Shown here: piece by piece, positions 8,790-18,985 of the stretch
Numbering within the stretch: the first letter of the stretch is position 1
Layout: every line of letters starts with the position of its first letter
Made by a program: the position numbers and the translations under genes
From: Dehalococcoidia bacterium
GTDB lineage: Bacteria > Chloroflexota > Dehalococcoidia > UBA2979
NCBI GenBank assembly: GCA_023228825.1
Contig: JALOAL010000001.1
Span: forward strand, 43,381-107,380
DNA: 64,000 nucleotides
Direction: 5' to 3'
The notes under the pieces: model-generated
What the model saw: only the letters and a program-made list of their open reading frames with translations
Database searches by the model: none
What the model was told of the DNA's origin: nothing

Positions 8790-9614
8790 ATGACCCAGAC
8801 ACAGCCGTCCGCCACCCCCGAACTCCGAGACCTGCTCGCCTTCGCCCTCGAACTGGCGGACGAGGCGGACCGCATCGCGATGTCGTTCTACCGAGGCGAC
8901 CTGGGGACGACGACGAAGGCGGACGGATCGCTGGTGACCCTGGCGGACAAGGCGGTGGAGGCGCGCCTGCGCGAACTGCTGGCGGGGCGCTACCCACAGC
9001 ACGCCATCCTCGGTGAGGAGGAGGGCTACACCGCCGGCGAGAGCATCGACGATGGCCGCTGGATCCTCGACCCGATCGACGGCACGCACGGCTTCGCGCG
9101 CGGCCTGCCGGTCTGGGCCTGCCTGGTCGCGTACGAGCGAGGCGGCGAGGTGCAGGTCGGGGTGGCGTCCGCACCCGCGCTGGGTACGCGCTGGTGGGCA
9201 GCCCGTGGCCTGGGCGCCTACCGAGGCGCCACCGGGGGCGGACACGCCGGCGAGCGCATCCACGTCTCCTCGATCGCCACGGTCGCGGAGTCGCACGTCC
9301 TGAACGGGAGCATGAAGTACGCGCTCCAGCGCTGGCCGAACGCGCAGGCCGTGAACGACGCCGCCTGGCGCGAGCGCGGCTACGGCGACTTCTGGTCGCA
9401 CTGCCTGGTGGCGGAGGGCGCCGCCGAGGCCATGTACGAATACGGCCCGCAGGCGTGGGACCTGGCGGCGCTCCAGGTGATCGTGGAGGAGGCGGGCGGC
9501 CGCCTCACGGACGACCAGGGCGAGCGCGCCATCGACCGCGGGCATGCGGTGACCTCGAACGGGCTGGTGCACGACGAACTGCTCGCGGTCCTGACCGCCG
9601 CGCCGTCGCGCTAG
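8790..9614 (+). CDS. hisN: Inositol monophosphatase-family histidinol-phosphatase (HisN-type); alternative start at 8769
   Basis: IMPase motifs (ILGEEEG, WILDPIDGT, DFWSHCLVAEG) in a gene directly downstream of hisI. Confidence 0.7.
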   Translation: MTQTQPSATPELRDLLAFALELADEADRIAMSFYRGDLGTTTKADGSLVTLADKAVEARLRELLAGRYPQHAILGEEEGYTAGESIDDGRWILDPIDGTHGFARGLPVWACLVAYERGGEVQVGVASAPALGTRWWAARGLGAYRGATGGGHAGERIHVSSIATVAESHVLNGSMKYALQRWPNAQAVNDAAWRERGYGDFWSHCLVAEGAAEAMYEYGPQAWDLAALQVIVEEAGGRLTDDQGERAIDRGHAVTSNGLVHDELLAVLTAAPSR

Positions 9615-10330
9615 CAGCCGAGGCGCTCCGCGAGGGCCACGAGGCTGTCCGCCACCACGTCGAACTCCGCGCGCGGGGTCAGGTCGCGGGCGGCGCCTGG
9701 GCCGTACTCCAGCGGGCGGGGGATGAAGGCGGTGCGCACGCCCGCAGCGTCGCGCGCGGCGATCAGGTCGCCCTGGTGCGCGGCCACCATCATGCACTCC
9801 TCGCCTCGTAGCCCCAGCAGGCGGCAGGCCTCGCGGTAGCACTCCGGGTCGGGCTTGTAGTGCCCCGTCACCTCGGCGCCCAGCACGCAGTCCCACGGTA
9901 GGCCGGCACGCTTCGCCATGTTCACGATCAGCGCGATGTTCCCGTTGGACTGCGGCGCCACGATGTAGCGCGCCTTCAGCCTCGTGAGTCCTTCCACGCT
10001 GTCTGGCCACGGATCGAGGCGGTGCCATGCCCGGCTGAACTCGTCCACCTCGGCGGCAGGCAGGTCCTTGATGCCGAACTCCGCGAGCACGGCCTCCAGG
10101 TTCTCTCGGTGCAACGTATCCAGCGGGACGAAGGGGCGGCGTCCGCTGCGCACCTCCTCCATCGCCGGCTGGTACAGCGCGCGCCAGCGGTCCGCCACCT
10201 GCCCCCAGTCCGTGCGCGGCAACCCCAACCGCGAGGCGAGCGCCTCGCCCTCGCGGGCCACGCCGGAGCGCCAGTCCACGACGGTGCCGAAGACATCGAA
10301 CAGCAGCGCGCGCAGCGGAGGCTCTTTCAT
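9611..10330 (-). CDS. Haloacid dehalogenase type II / HAD-superfamily hydrolase
   Basis: LLFDVFGTVVDW motif I, a VAPQSNGN...KPDP core and a C-terminal AAHxxDLxAA. Start chosen at MKEPPLRALLFD. Confidence 0.7.
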   Translation of the reverse strand: MKEPPLRALLFDVFGTVVDWRSGVAREGEALASRLGLPRTDWGQVADRWRALYQPAMEEVRSGRRPFVPLDTLHRENLEAVLAEFGIKDLPAAEVDEFSRAWHRLDPWPDSVEGLTRLKARYIVAPQSNGNIALIVNMAKRAGLPWDCVLGAEVTGHYKPDPECYREACRLLGLRGEECMMVAAHQGDLIAARDAAGVRTAFIPRPLEYGPGAARDLTPRAEFDVVADSLVALAERLGC

Positions 10331-10418
10331 TGCGGCACTGTAGCGCGCGGCAGCCAGCCGGGACGCCTCGCTGCGGGTGCCCGGTGCGGGTGCCCGGTCT
10401 GGGTGCTGGGTGCGGGTG

Positions 10419-11579
10419 CTAGGGCGCCGGCGCGACCTCATCGTAGAGGGCGGCCATGTGGCGGGCGTAGACCGGGACGGCGTGCTCACGCTCCCAGCGG
10501 GCGCGCCCGTTCATGGCGAGGCGGGCGCGCAAGTCCTGGTCGCGCACCACGTGCTCCAGCGCCCCCGCGAGCGCTTCCACCTCGCCAGGCGCCACAAGGA
10601 GGCCGCTGGTCCCGTCCTCGATTACCTCGGGGATGGCGCCGACGGGCGTGGCGATGACGGCGAGGCCGTGCGCCAGCGCCTCCAGGACGGAGAGTGGCAG
10701 GCCCTCGGCGTAGGAAGGCAGCACCATCACGTCCGCCCGCGCCAGGAGGCGCTGCACCTCCGGCTCGTCGACCCAGCCCGTGAAGTGGATGCGCTCGGCG
10801 AGGGCGTGCTCCGTAGCGCGTGCGCGGTACACCTCCACGTCGCCGTCGCCAGCCATGGTCGCCTCCCACGGCAGCGCGGCCACGTCCGGACGCGCGAGCG
10901 CGTCGATGAGGTCGCCCGCACCCTTACGCGGGCCCAACTGGCCCAGGAAGAGGATGCGCAGGGTGCCCTCGGCTCGACGAGCGGGGAGTGCCTGCGGCCC
11001 GGGGACTGCGTTCCGCATGACGAGCACGCGGTCGTCCTCCAGGCCCAGGGTGTCCCGGACGTACGCCGCCCATATGTCGCCCAGGACGACCACGCGGTCG
11101 GCGCTGCGGAACATCCACCGCACCAGGGCGAGCATTGGGGCCGGGAGGCCGTCCAGGAAGTCCCGGTACTGGCTGCTGTGCAGGTGCAGGATCACGGGCG
11201 TGCGTCCGAGGCGTGCGATGACCACCACGAAGAACGCGCGCGCGGTGCTGCCTCGCTGCGTCATGTTCACGTGCAGCAGGCGGTGCCGCCGCCGCACCAC
11301 GCTCCAGGCGATTTGCCCGAGGGCAGCCGCGAACACCGAAAGCGAGGCGGCGAGGCTGCCGCGGCCGCGTAGCGCCAGCCGCTCCACGCGAGGGGCGTCC
11401 GGCGTCGCCTCGAACTCTGCGGCCAGGTAGTCCACGGCCCGCTGGATGCCGCCGTGCGTCCCGTCCTCCACCAGGAGCACGGGACGGGGTCGTGCGTGGC
11501 CTCGTGGTCCCCGAGGCCCTCGAGGCCAGCGAGGCGTGGCGGCGGGGGTGGGCGCGGGGGTGCCGGTAGGGGCGGTCAT
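10419..11579 (-). CDS. Glycosyltransferase family 1 (GT-B)
   Basis: Has the C-terminal EX7E-type region (VLPSYAEGLPLSVLEALAHGLAVIAT...GLLV). The ATG overlaps the upstream wecG-like stop (ATGA). Confidence 0.75.
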   Translation of the reverse strand: MTAPTGTPAPTPAATPRWPRGPRGPRGHARPRPVLLVEDGTHGGIQRAVDYLAAEFEATPDAPRVERLALRGRGSLAASLSVFAAALGQIAWSVVRRRHRLLHVNMTQRGSTARAFFVVVIARLGRTPVILHLHSSQYRDFLDGLPAPMLALVRWMFRSADRVVVLGDIWAAYVRDTLGLEDDRVLVMRNAVPGPQALPARRAEGTLRILFLGQLGPRKGAGDLIDALARPDVAALPWEATMAGDGDVEVYRARATEHALAERIHFTGWVDEPEVQRLLARADVMVLPSYAEGLPLSVLEALAHGLAVIATPVGAIPEVIEDGTSGLLVAPGEVEALAGALEHVVRDQDLRARLAMNGRARWEREHAVPVYARHMAALYDEVAPAP

Positions 11580-12325
11580 GCGCCGCCGGACCATCTCGCC
11601 TTCGCGACCATCCACAGGAAGCGAGTGTTGGTCTCCAGGTAGCGCCGGCCCAGGCGACGCGGTTCCTGCAGCAGCCGGTGGAACCACTCCAGGCCCGCGT
11701 GCTGCATCCACAGCGGAGCGCGCGAGGCCCGGCCGGCCACCACGTCGAACGAGCCGCCCACGCCCATGGCGAACGGGACGTTCATCTCCCCCAGCCAGCG
11801 GTGGATGAACCGCTCCTTCCGAGGTGAACTGATCGCGACGAACAGGACGTCCGCCTGCCGCTCGCGGATGGTGGCGGCCACCCTCGGTTCTTCGTCCTCG
11901 CTGAAGTAGCCGTCGCGCCAGCCGGCCACCTGCAGGTTGGGGTACCGGTGGCGGTAGATCTGGACCACGCGCTCCACCACCTCCTCTCGGGCGCCCAGGA
12001 AGTAGATGCGCCACCCGCGCTCGGCGGCGCGCGCCACCACGGCCTGCATCAGGTCGATGCCGGCCACGCGTTCCGGTACGCGCTGGCCCAGCAGGCGCGC
12101 GGCCCAGACCACGGACTGCCCGTCCGCGTTCACGAGCGGGCACTGCTCGACGATGGAGCGCAACTCCGGGTCGCGCGCCATGGTCACCACCTTGGCGGCG
12201 TTGATCACCACGTGCTGGTGCGGCCGCCGCGAGGCCACCTGTCGCTCCACCTCCTCCAGCGTCTCCTCCGTGGTGAGGGCGTCCAGGGGGTAGCCGAGGA
12301 AGTCAATGCGTCGCATGGTGGTCAT
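11576..12325 (-). CDS. wecG: WecG/TagA/CpsF-family glycosyltransferase (UDP-ManNAcA / ManNAc transferase)
   Basis: MTTMRRIDFLGYPLDALT..NADGQSVVWAARLLG...FLGAREEV...WLGE matches the WecG/TagA family. Only the C-terminal part of the long ORF is real; its upstream part overlaps wecB. Confidence 0.75.
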   Translation of the reverse strand: MTTMRRIDFLGYPLDALTTEETLEEVERQVASRRPHQHVVINAAKVVTMARDPELRSIVEQCPLVNADGQSVVWAARLLGQRVPERVAGIDLMQAVVARAAERGWRIYFLGAREEVVERVVQIYRHRYPNLQVAGWRDGYFSEDEEPRVAATIRERQADVLFVAISSPRKERFIHRWLGEMNVPFAMGVGGSFDVVAGRASRAPLWMQHAGLEWFHRLLQEPRRLGRRYLETNTRFLWMVAKARWSGGA

Positions 12326-13482
12326 CAGCCCAGCGCCTCCGCCAGCGTCTGCACGATTCGTTCGGCGGCGTGGCCGTCGCCGTAGGGGCTCTGGGCCTGG
12401 CTCATGCGCTGGTAGTGCGCCCGGTCCGCCAGGAGGCGCTCCACGCCGGCGACGATGCGCCCCCGGTCCGCGCCCACCAGTTCCACGATGCCCGCCTCCA
12501 CCGCCTCCGGCCGCTCCGTCACCTCTCGCATCACGAGCACGGGCTTGCCCAGGCTGGGGGCCTCCTCCTGGATGCCGCCGGAGTCGGTCAGGACCAGCGT
12601 GCAGCGGTCCATCAGGGAGACGAAGGTGCCGTAGTCCAGCGGGTCCAGCAGGTACAGGTTGGACTCCTGGTGCACACGGTGGGAGGCCGGGGCCAGGATC
12701 GTCTCCACCGGGCCGCGCACGTTGGGGTTCAGGTGCACCGGGTAGACGAAGTCCACGTCCGGGTGCTGTTCCGCCAGCACCCGGATCGCCTGGCAGATCT
12801 GCACGAAGCCCTCGCCGAAACTCTCGCGGCGGTGGGCCGTAATCAGCACCACGCGCCGCCCCGGCCGCTGACGCCAGCCGCGCGCCGCCAGCCGCGAGGC
12901 GTACCGGTCGCCCTCCCGCGCCACGCGCGCACGGGCGTCCAGGAGCGCATCGATCACGGTGTTGCCGGTGACAAAGATGCGGTCTTCCGTGACGCCCTCC
13001 GCGCGGAGGTGGCAGGCGCCCGTCTCCGTGGGGGCGAAGCAGAAGCGCGTCAGGCCGTCCGCCAGGCGGCGGTTGCCCTCTTCCGGGAAGGGCGCTGCGA
13101 GGTTGCCCGTGCGCAGGCCGGCCTCCACGTGCCCCACGGGGACGCCGGCGTAGAACGCCGCGAGCGTGCTGGCCAGGGTGGTGGTGGTGTCGCCGTGGAC
13201 CAGCACCACGTCCGGCCGCGCCTCGCGGAGGGGGGCCTGCAGGCCCTGCAGGACCAGCGTCGTGATGTCCGCCAGGGTCTGGTCCGGACGCATCACGTCC
13301 AGGTCGTAGCGGGGGGCGATGCCGAAAAAGTCCAGCACCTCGTCCAGCATCTCGCGGTGCTGGGCGGTGACGCAGACCACGCTCTCGAAGCGGGGGTCGC
13401 ACTCCAGCGCACGCACCACGGGGGCCATCTTCACGGCCTCTGGCCGGGTCCCGAAGACGGAGAGGACGCGCACGGGACTCAT
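12325..13482 (-). CDS. wecB: UDP-N-acetylglucosamine 2-epimerase (non-hydrolysing)
   Basis: Classic N-terminus MSPVRVLSVFGTRPEAVKMAPVV, HVEAGLRT and a DSGGIQEEAPSLGKPVLVMR core. Confidence 0.9.
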   Translation of the reverse strand: MSPVRVLSVFGTRPEAVKMAPVVRALECDPRFESVVCVTAQHREMLDEVLDFFGIAPRYDLDVMRPDQTLADITTLVLQGLQAPLREARPDVVLVHGDTTTTLASTLAAFYAGVPVGHVEAGLRTGNLAAPFPEEGNRRLADGLTRFCFAPTETGACHLRAEGVTEDRIFVTGNTVIDALLDARARVAREGDRYASRLAARGWRQRPGRRVVLITAHRRESFGEGFVQICQAIRVLAEQHPDVDFVYPVHLNPNVRGPVETILAPASHRVHQESNLYLLDPLDYGTFVSLMDRCTLVLTDSGGIQEEAPSLGKPVLVMREVTERPEAVEAGIVELVGADRGRIVAGVERLLADRAHYQRMSQAQSPYGDGHAAERIVQTLAEALG

Positions 13483-14786
13483 CGCCGGAACATCCCGCAG
13501 GTGTCGATCACATGGCGTCCGGCCAGGTCCGCCGGGGCGATCTCACGGAAGCACTCGTGGCCCACGAGGCCCACGATGACGTCGGCGCGCTGGAGCACCT
13601 CGTCCAGCGTGGAGAGCGGCGGGTACTCGAGGCCGGGGACGAGGGGATCGCAGGCGAGCGCGCGTGCGCCCAACTGGTTCCGCAGTTCGCTGGCGATGCG
13701 CAGGGCGGGCGACTCGCGCAGGTCGTCCACGTCCGCCTTGTACGCGAGGCCGAGCGAGGCGACCACGGCGTCCGGGCGCTCGCGCAGCGCCGCGTGCACC
13801 TGCTCGATCACCCAGCCTGGCTTCGCGTCGTTCACCTTGCGCACCGCGCGGATCAGCGGCGTGCGCTCCGGCGACGCAGCCACCAGGAACCACGGGTCCA
13901 CGGCGATGCAATGGCCACCCACGCCCGGCCCCGGCTTCAGGATGTCCACGCGGGGGTGGTGGTTCGCCAGTTCGATCAAGTCCCACACGTCCACGCCCTG
14001 GTCATGCGCGAGCACGGAGAGTTCGTTCGCGAAGGCGATGTTCAGGTCGCGGTAGGAGTTCTCCGCCAGTTTCGCCATCTCCGCCGTGCGCGCCGTGGTG
14101 CGCAGCACCTCGCCGGTCACGAAGCGCTCGTAGAAGGCGGCGGCGCGCTCGGTCGCCTCGTCGTCCAGGCCGCCCACGATGCGGTCGTTCTCCACCAACT
14201 CCACCAGGATGCGCCCCGGCAGCACGCGCTCCGGGCAGTGCGCGAAGTACGCGCGCGAGTCGCCCCCGGCCGAATCGCCCTGGCCCGAAACGCCCTCGCC
14301 CGAAATGCCCTCGGCCGAATTGGGGGCCAGGTCGGGGCGCGCTCGGCCCACGGTGGCGGCGATGCGCTCCGTGGTGCCGGGCGGGCTGGTGGACTCGAGG
14401 ATCACGAGGTTCCCGGGCCGCAGCACAGGCACCAGGGCCTCGGCCGCCGCGTCCACGTAGGACAGGTCGGGCGCGTGGCCGGCCCGGACGGGGGTGGGCA
14501 CGGCGATGATGAACACGTCTGCGGGGACGGGCCGGCTGCCGGCCTGGAGGTTGCCGGAGTGCACCGCCGCGCGCACCATGCCGTCCAGGTCCGGCTCCAC
14601 GAAGTGCACGCGGGCGGCGTTCACGGACTCCACCACGCGCTCGCTCACGTCCACGCCGTGGACGGCGAGGCCGTGGGTGGCGAGGAGGCTCGCCGTGGGG
14701 AGGCCGATGTAGCCGAGGCCAAGGACGCAGACGTCCGCCTCCTCGCGCTGCCGCGCTGGTGATAGGACGGACAGGGACGTCGCCAT
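13479..14786 (-). CDS. wecC: UDP-N-acetyl-D-mannosamine dehydrogenase (UDP-glucose/GDP-mannose dehydrogenase family)
   Basis: Rossmann N-terminus (VCVLGLGYIGLP), catalytic GGHCIAVDPWF and a C-terminal UDP-binding domain. Start chosen at MATSLSV; alternative at 14804. Confidence 0.85.
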   Translation of the reverse strand: MATSLSVLSPARQREEADVCVLGLGYIGLPTASLLATHGLAVHGVDVSERVVESVNAARVHFVEPDLDGMVRAAVHSGNLQAGSRPVPADVFIIAVPTPVRAGHAPDLSYVDAAAEALVPVLRPGNLVILESTSPPGTTERIAATVGRARPDLAPNSAEGISGEGVSGQGDSAGGDSRAYFAHCPERVLPGRILVELVENDRIVGGLDDEATERAAAFYERFVTGEVLRTTARTAEMAKLAENSYRDLNIAFANELSVLAHDQGVDVWDLIELANHHPRVDILKPGPGVGGHCIAVDPWFLVAASPERTPLIRAVRKVNDAKPGWVIEQVHAALRERPDAVVASLGLAYKADVDDLRESPALRIASELRNQLGARALACDPLVPGLEYPPLSTLDEVLQRADVIVGLVGHECFREIAPADLAGRHVIDTCGMFRR

Positions 14787-15246
14787 GCAGGGACCCTTCA
14801 ACATGGCGCGGTCGAGGCGCCGGCGTCGGAAGGGCCTCGGGCGTCGGGGCCCCTCGGGATGGGGGAGGCGAGTCGTCACCGTGCGGGAGCGGCATTGAGT
14901 TCGCGTCGAGGCTTCGTCCAAGCGTGAGAACCGGGGGGTGCGGGCCGCGAGGGGCCGGGCGTGCGAACGCGTCTGGAATAGGGGCAAACCCCACTCAGGA
15001 GCCCATCACATCCGTCGGTGACGCCTGTCCGACCCCACCCGGCGATCCGGACGGCCACGGTCGCCACGCCTGGGAGCGCTTCGACACCGGGCGAGGCGTC
15101 GCTGGCCCTCGGGGCTGGATCTCGGGGCTGGGCCGCGGGGCTGGGCCTCGGGCGGGTACGCTCGCCGCAGGCGGACACCTACGTTGAGGTCGCCTCGATC
15201 ACCCGCGTCGCGCTGCTCCAGTGGCCGCCACGAAGTGGCGGGGGGG

Positions 15247-15921
15247 TTAGTCCTGCTGCGCCTTGCGCATGCGGCGCTCGGTAGCCAGTCGCGCGGCCTG
15301 GGAACGGCGTTCCACGCTCAACTTCGAGTAGATTTGCGACACGTAGTTCTTGATGGTCTTCTCCGCCAGCGAGAGCGTCTGCGCGATCTCACCGTTGGTG
15401 AGGCCGTCCGCGATCAGGCCCAGGATGCGATCCTCCTGCGGCGACAGCGAGGCGAAGGCGTCGTCCGCCGGGTGCGCCGCCTTGCCGCTACGCAGGCGCT
15501 CCAGCACCTCCGTGGCCATCTGCGGGTCCAGGAGCGATCCACCCTCGCCCACCGTGCGCACCGCGTCCTGGATGCGCTGCGGGTCCAGGTCCTTCAGCAG
15601 GTACCCGGAGGCGCCCGCCATCACTGCGGAGAAGAGGGCGTTGCGGTCCGCGTGCGACGTAAGGATCAGCACCTTGGTCTCCGGGCGGGCCGTGCGGATC
15701 TCCCGGCACGCCTCGATGCCCGATCCGTCCGGCAAGCGCAGATCCAGCACCACCACGTCCGGCTCCGTGGTGCTGGCGACCTGGATCGCCTCCTGGACCG
15801 ATCCCGCCTCCCCGACGACTGAGAACTCGCGACGCTCCGCGAGGAGGTCGGCCAGGCCGCGACGGACGACCGCGTGGTCGTCCACGATCATGACCCGGAT
15901 CTGTGTGGTGACGTTCGCCAT
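15247..15921 (-). CDS. NarL/FixJ-family two-component response regulator (REC + LuxR-type HTH)
   Basis: IRVMIVDDHAVVRRGL...VVVLDLRLPDGSG...LILTSH, plus a C-terminal LSPQEDRILGLIADGLTNGEIAQTLSLAEKTIKNYVSQIYSKL. Confidence 0.9.
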   Translation of the reverse strand: MANVTTQIRVMIVDDHAVVRRGLADLLAERREFSVVGEAGSVQEAIQVASTTEPDVVVLDLRLPDGSGIEACREIRTARPETKVLILTSHADRNALFSAVMAGASGYLLKDLDPQRIQDAVRTVGEGGSLLDPQMATEVLERLRSGKAAHPADDAFASLSPQEDRILGLIADGLTNGEIAQTLSLAEKTIKNYVSQIYSKLSVERRSQAARLATERRMRKAQQD

Positions 15922-16143
15922 GGTGGTTGCCCTCGATGCGTCCGCGTGGGGCGGGCTTTGACCTCGGTTCGTCCCGTGGGTTCGTCCCGGTGCTGATGTT
16001 CCTTATCATAGAGAGACTGCGGGCGGCGCCCCCGTCACGAAGGTCCCGTTGGGGCCGGGACTCCGGTCACTGCTTCCGGAGTCCACGTCCGCGTGCCAGC
16101 CGCGCCTGGTGGCGACGGTGCACGACACTGGATGGATGCGCGT

Positions 16144-17619
16144 ATGTCCCTGCCAGCCTCGCTCTTCCGGACGCTGGTCCACTTCGCCCCGGACGCCTTC
16201 CTGGTGGTGGACCCGGCGGGCGTCATCGTCTTCGCCAACGCGCAGGCGGAACGCCTCTTTGGCTACGAGCGCGAAGAACTGGTGGACGCCTCCGTGGAGA
16301 TGCTCGTCCCCGGACGCATGCGCGACATCCACGAGGGACACCGGGGCGGCTACTGGAACAACCCGCACTCCCGGCCCATGGGCAGCGGCCTGGCCCTGCA
16401 CGCCCGCCGCCGTGACGGCAGCGAACTGCCCGTGGAGATCAGCCTGAGCCCGGTCTACACGGACGACGACATGTACGTGGTGGCCACCGTGCGCGACGTC
16501 ACGGAGCGTCGCCGCATCGAGGAGGCGCTGCGCGCCAGCGAGGAGCGCTACCGGCTGCTTGCGGAGAACGCGGAGGACGTGGTCTACCGCATCTCGCTGG
16601 AGTCAGATCCGCCCGCATTCGAGTACCTGAGCCCGTCCGTGGAGGTCCTGACCGGCCATCCCGCGGCGGAGTTCATCCGGAACCCCCGGCTGATCGCGCG
16701 GATCACCCACCCGGACGATCGAAGCCTCCTCGAACAGTGGCTCACGGCCCCGGACGAGGTGGACGGGGGGCTGATCCTGCGCGCGGTGCGGCCGGACGGC
16801 AGCGTGGTCTGGTACGAGCAGCGCTTCCGCACCCTGCACGACGAGGACGGCGCACTCACCGCCATTGAGGGCATTGCGCGGGACGTCACGGCGCAGCGCC
16901 GCCTGGAGGAGGAGCGCCGCATGCTCCTGGCCGAGACCGAGATCGACCGGGAGCGCGAACGCATCGCGGCCGACCTGCACGACGGCGTGATGCAGACCAT
17001 GTACAGCGTGGGCCTGCAACTCTCGAGCATCGTGCGGCGCGTCAGCGACCTCCCGGAGGAGACTCGTACCGGCCTGCAGGAGGCGATCGCGGCGCTGGAC
17101 CATGCGATCCGTGACATCCGCGGATACGTCATGGACCTGCGCCCGGCCGACTTCACCGGGGACCTGGGCGAGTCGCTGGAGGCGCTGCTGCGCCTCTTCG
17201 AGTCCACGTCCGGCATGGAGATGACGTTCCACGAAGACCCGGAACTGCCCCGCATGGACGACTCGGTGGCGCTGGAACTGTTCCTCCTCACGCGGGAAGC
17301 GCTCTCCAATATCCGCCGCCACGCCCAGGCCGCCTGCGTACGGGTGGCGCTCAAGGCGGACGATGACCATCTGCACGTCACCATCGGGGACGACGGCGTG
17401 GGCTTCGACGCCACTCGTCAGCGCCGCGAGGAGCAGTTCGGCCTGCGCAACATGGAGACACGGGCGCGCCTGGTGGGCGGCGAGTTCAAGATCACGAGCG
17501 CCCCGGGCGCCGGCACCACCGTCGCCGTGACCATCCCGGTCGGGCGTCTGCAGCCGGGAACCGCCGACACCTACGGCGCCCCGCCGGTGGTGGAGGGCGC
17601 CCCCGCGTCGGGCGGCTGA
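16144..17619 (+). CDS. Sensor histidine kinase with tandem PAS domains and a HisKA_3 / HATPase_c core (NarX/DegS-like); alternative start at 16093
   Basis: Two PAS-like segments, an H-box (ERERIAADLHDGVMQ) and a G-box (GDDGVGFD...GLRNMETRARLVGGEF). It is divergent from the response regulator. Confidence 0.85.
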   Translation: MSLPASLFRTLVHFAPDAFLVVDPAGVIVFANAQAERLFGYEREELVDASVEMLVPGRMRDIHEGHRGGYWNNPHSRPMGSGLALHARRRDGSELPVEISLSPVYTDDDMYVVATVRDVTERRRIEEALRASEERYRLLAENAEDVVYRISLESDPPAFEYLSPSVEVLTGHPAAEFIRNPRLIARITHPDDRSLLEQWLTAPDEVDGGLILRAVRPDGSVVWYEQRFRTLHDEDGALTAIEGIARDVTAQRRLEEERRMLLAETEIDRERERIAADLHDGVMQTMYSVGLQLSSIVRRVSDLPEETRTGLQEAIAALDHAIRDIRGYVMDLRPADFTGDLGESLEALLRLFESTSGMEMTFHEDPELPRMDDSVALELFLLTREALSNIRRHAQAACVRVALKADDDHLHVTIGDDGVGFDATRQRREEQFGLRNMETRARLVGGEFKITSAPGAGTTVAVTIPVGRLQPGTADTYGAPPVVEGAPASGG

Positions 17620-17650
17620 TCCGGCCCCACGACTACGCAACTCTGCGCGC

Positions 17651-18817
17651 TCAGGCGGCGGCGGGCGAGCCCTCGCGCCTGCGTCCCAGCACCAGCCCCG
17701 CCACGATGGCGGCCGCGAGCACCAGCACGGAGATCACGTTGAGCGAGCCGCCCAACTCACGCAGGGTCGGTTGCTCGGCGAGGTTCGCGGCCACCCTCAG
17801 CGCCAGCGAGCCGTGGAGGAGCGCGAGGCCGGCGGGGAAGAGCAGCGTGTAGCGCACGGTCAGGCCGGTGATGGCCGGCAGGATGATAGGCGCGTGCGCG
17901 AAGATCGCACCGAAGACGAAGCCCAGGAAGAACGTGTGCAGCGTGGTGTCGTAGTGCAGGCCAGGCTCCAGCGCCCACGCCAGCAGCGCCAGGCCGCTCA
18001 CGCTCAGCCACCCGTAGGCCGCCAGCAGCGCGACGCCGGCGTAGGACGCGAGCCCACCTCGACGGTAGGTGCGGCGAGCGGTGTCGTTCTTGACAAGCCA
18101 GAGGCCCAGCGCCAGCACCCCCGCACCAGCCAGCCGCAGGCCCGCCTCTTCCGAAGCGAACGCGACCAGTGGCCCCACGAGCAGCACTCCGGCCGCCCCC
18201 CACAGCGTGGCCCGCGCGGGCCAGCGCAGCGGCAGGAAGCGCGTCAACTCCAGGCGCTCCCCGGCGATGGTCAGCGCGAGGAAGGCGATCCACCACGGCA
18301 GGATGAGACGCGGCGCCCAGCCCTCCACCATCCACGTCACGTTCCCCACGCCCCAGCAGGCCACGCCCACGGTCATCACCGCGAGCGGCGTGGCGAACTG
18401 GCGGCGGAGGAAGGCGAGGAACAGCAGCACCACCGCCACGGCGCTTGCGACGAACAGCACGGGCGCGCCGTCCCACGACGGCGCCGCCACCAGCGCCAGC
18501 GCACCGGCCGCCGAGAGCAGCGGCCCGGCGTACGCGGCGGGCCGTCCCATGGCCACCGACCGCTCGAGGCCGATCACCGTGCCGACGACCCCGCTCACCA
18601 TGAGCGCGCCGTGGTTCACGGTCAGGAACCGAACCAGCGCCGGCACCTCCACCCCGATCCGCGCGAGGCCGGACCACAGTCCCGCGATCAGCGCGATGGC
18701 GATCGGCGCGACCAGGACGAGCACCGCCGGCGGCACGCTGCGCTCGAACGGCCGCCGCGCGGCGGCCATGCCGCTCGCCGCATACCCCGGTGCGTTCTCC
18801 CGTGCCTGGACGTCCAT
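17651..18817 (-). CDS. Polytopic membrane protein, possibly NnrS-family (heme-copper membrane protein)
   Basis: About 12 predicted hydrophobic helices, with an NHGALMVSGVVGTVIGLER segment reminiscent of the NnrS HxHE..G motif. It is divergent from the gene at 18986. Start is uncertain; the upstream part of the ORF overlaps the opposite gene. Confidence 0.4.
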   Translation of the reverse strand: MDVQARENAPGYAASGMAAARRPFERSVPPAVLVLVAPIAIALIAGLWSGLARIGVEVPALVRFLTVNHGALMVSGVVGTVIGLERSVAMGRPAAYAGPLLSAAGALALVAAPSWDGAPVLFVASAVAVVLLFLAFLRRQFATPLAVMTVGVACWGVGNVTWMVEGWAPRLILPWWIAFLALTIAGERLELTRFLPLRWPARATLWGAAGVLLVGPLVAFASEEAGLRLAGAGVLALGLWLVKNDTARRTYRRGGLASYAGVALLAAYGWLSVSGLALLAWALEPGLHYDTTLHTFFLGFVFGAIFAHAPIILPAITGLTVRYTLLFPAGLALLHGSLALRVAANLAEQPTLRELGGSLNVISVLVLAAAIVAGLVLGRRREGSPAAA

Positions 18818-18985
18818 GCAGCCATCATGCTCCCCGCGCCCACCCGATGCGAGGGCGAGAGTCCCGAGGGGTACGTGACCTTCTGCCCTGCGGGTTGCAG
18901 CGGGGGCACGCATGATGAGGCCTGGACGTGACACCGGCTGACATGATGGGGGCACCATGAATACCGGTGGAGACGGGAGCGCGAG

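Noticed and set aside
12370-14762. 561-aa and 416-aa plus-strand ORFs opposite wecB/wecC
   Set aside because: Antisense artefacts of high GC. wecB and wecC are strongly supported on the minus strand.
14787-15246. 460-bp region upstream of wecC containing cggggctgg-type short repeats
   Set aside because: Likely just a GC-rich promoter or 5' leader. No ORF with coding signature or RNA motif was recognised. It is mentioned only in the wec finding.
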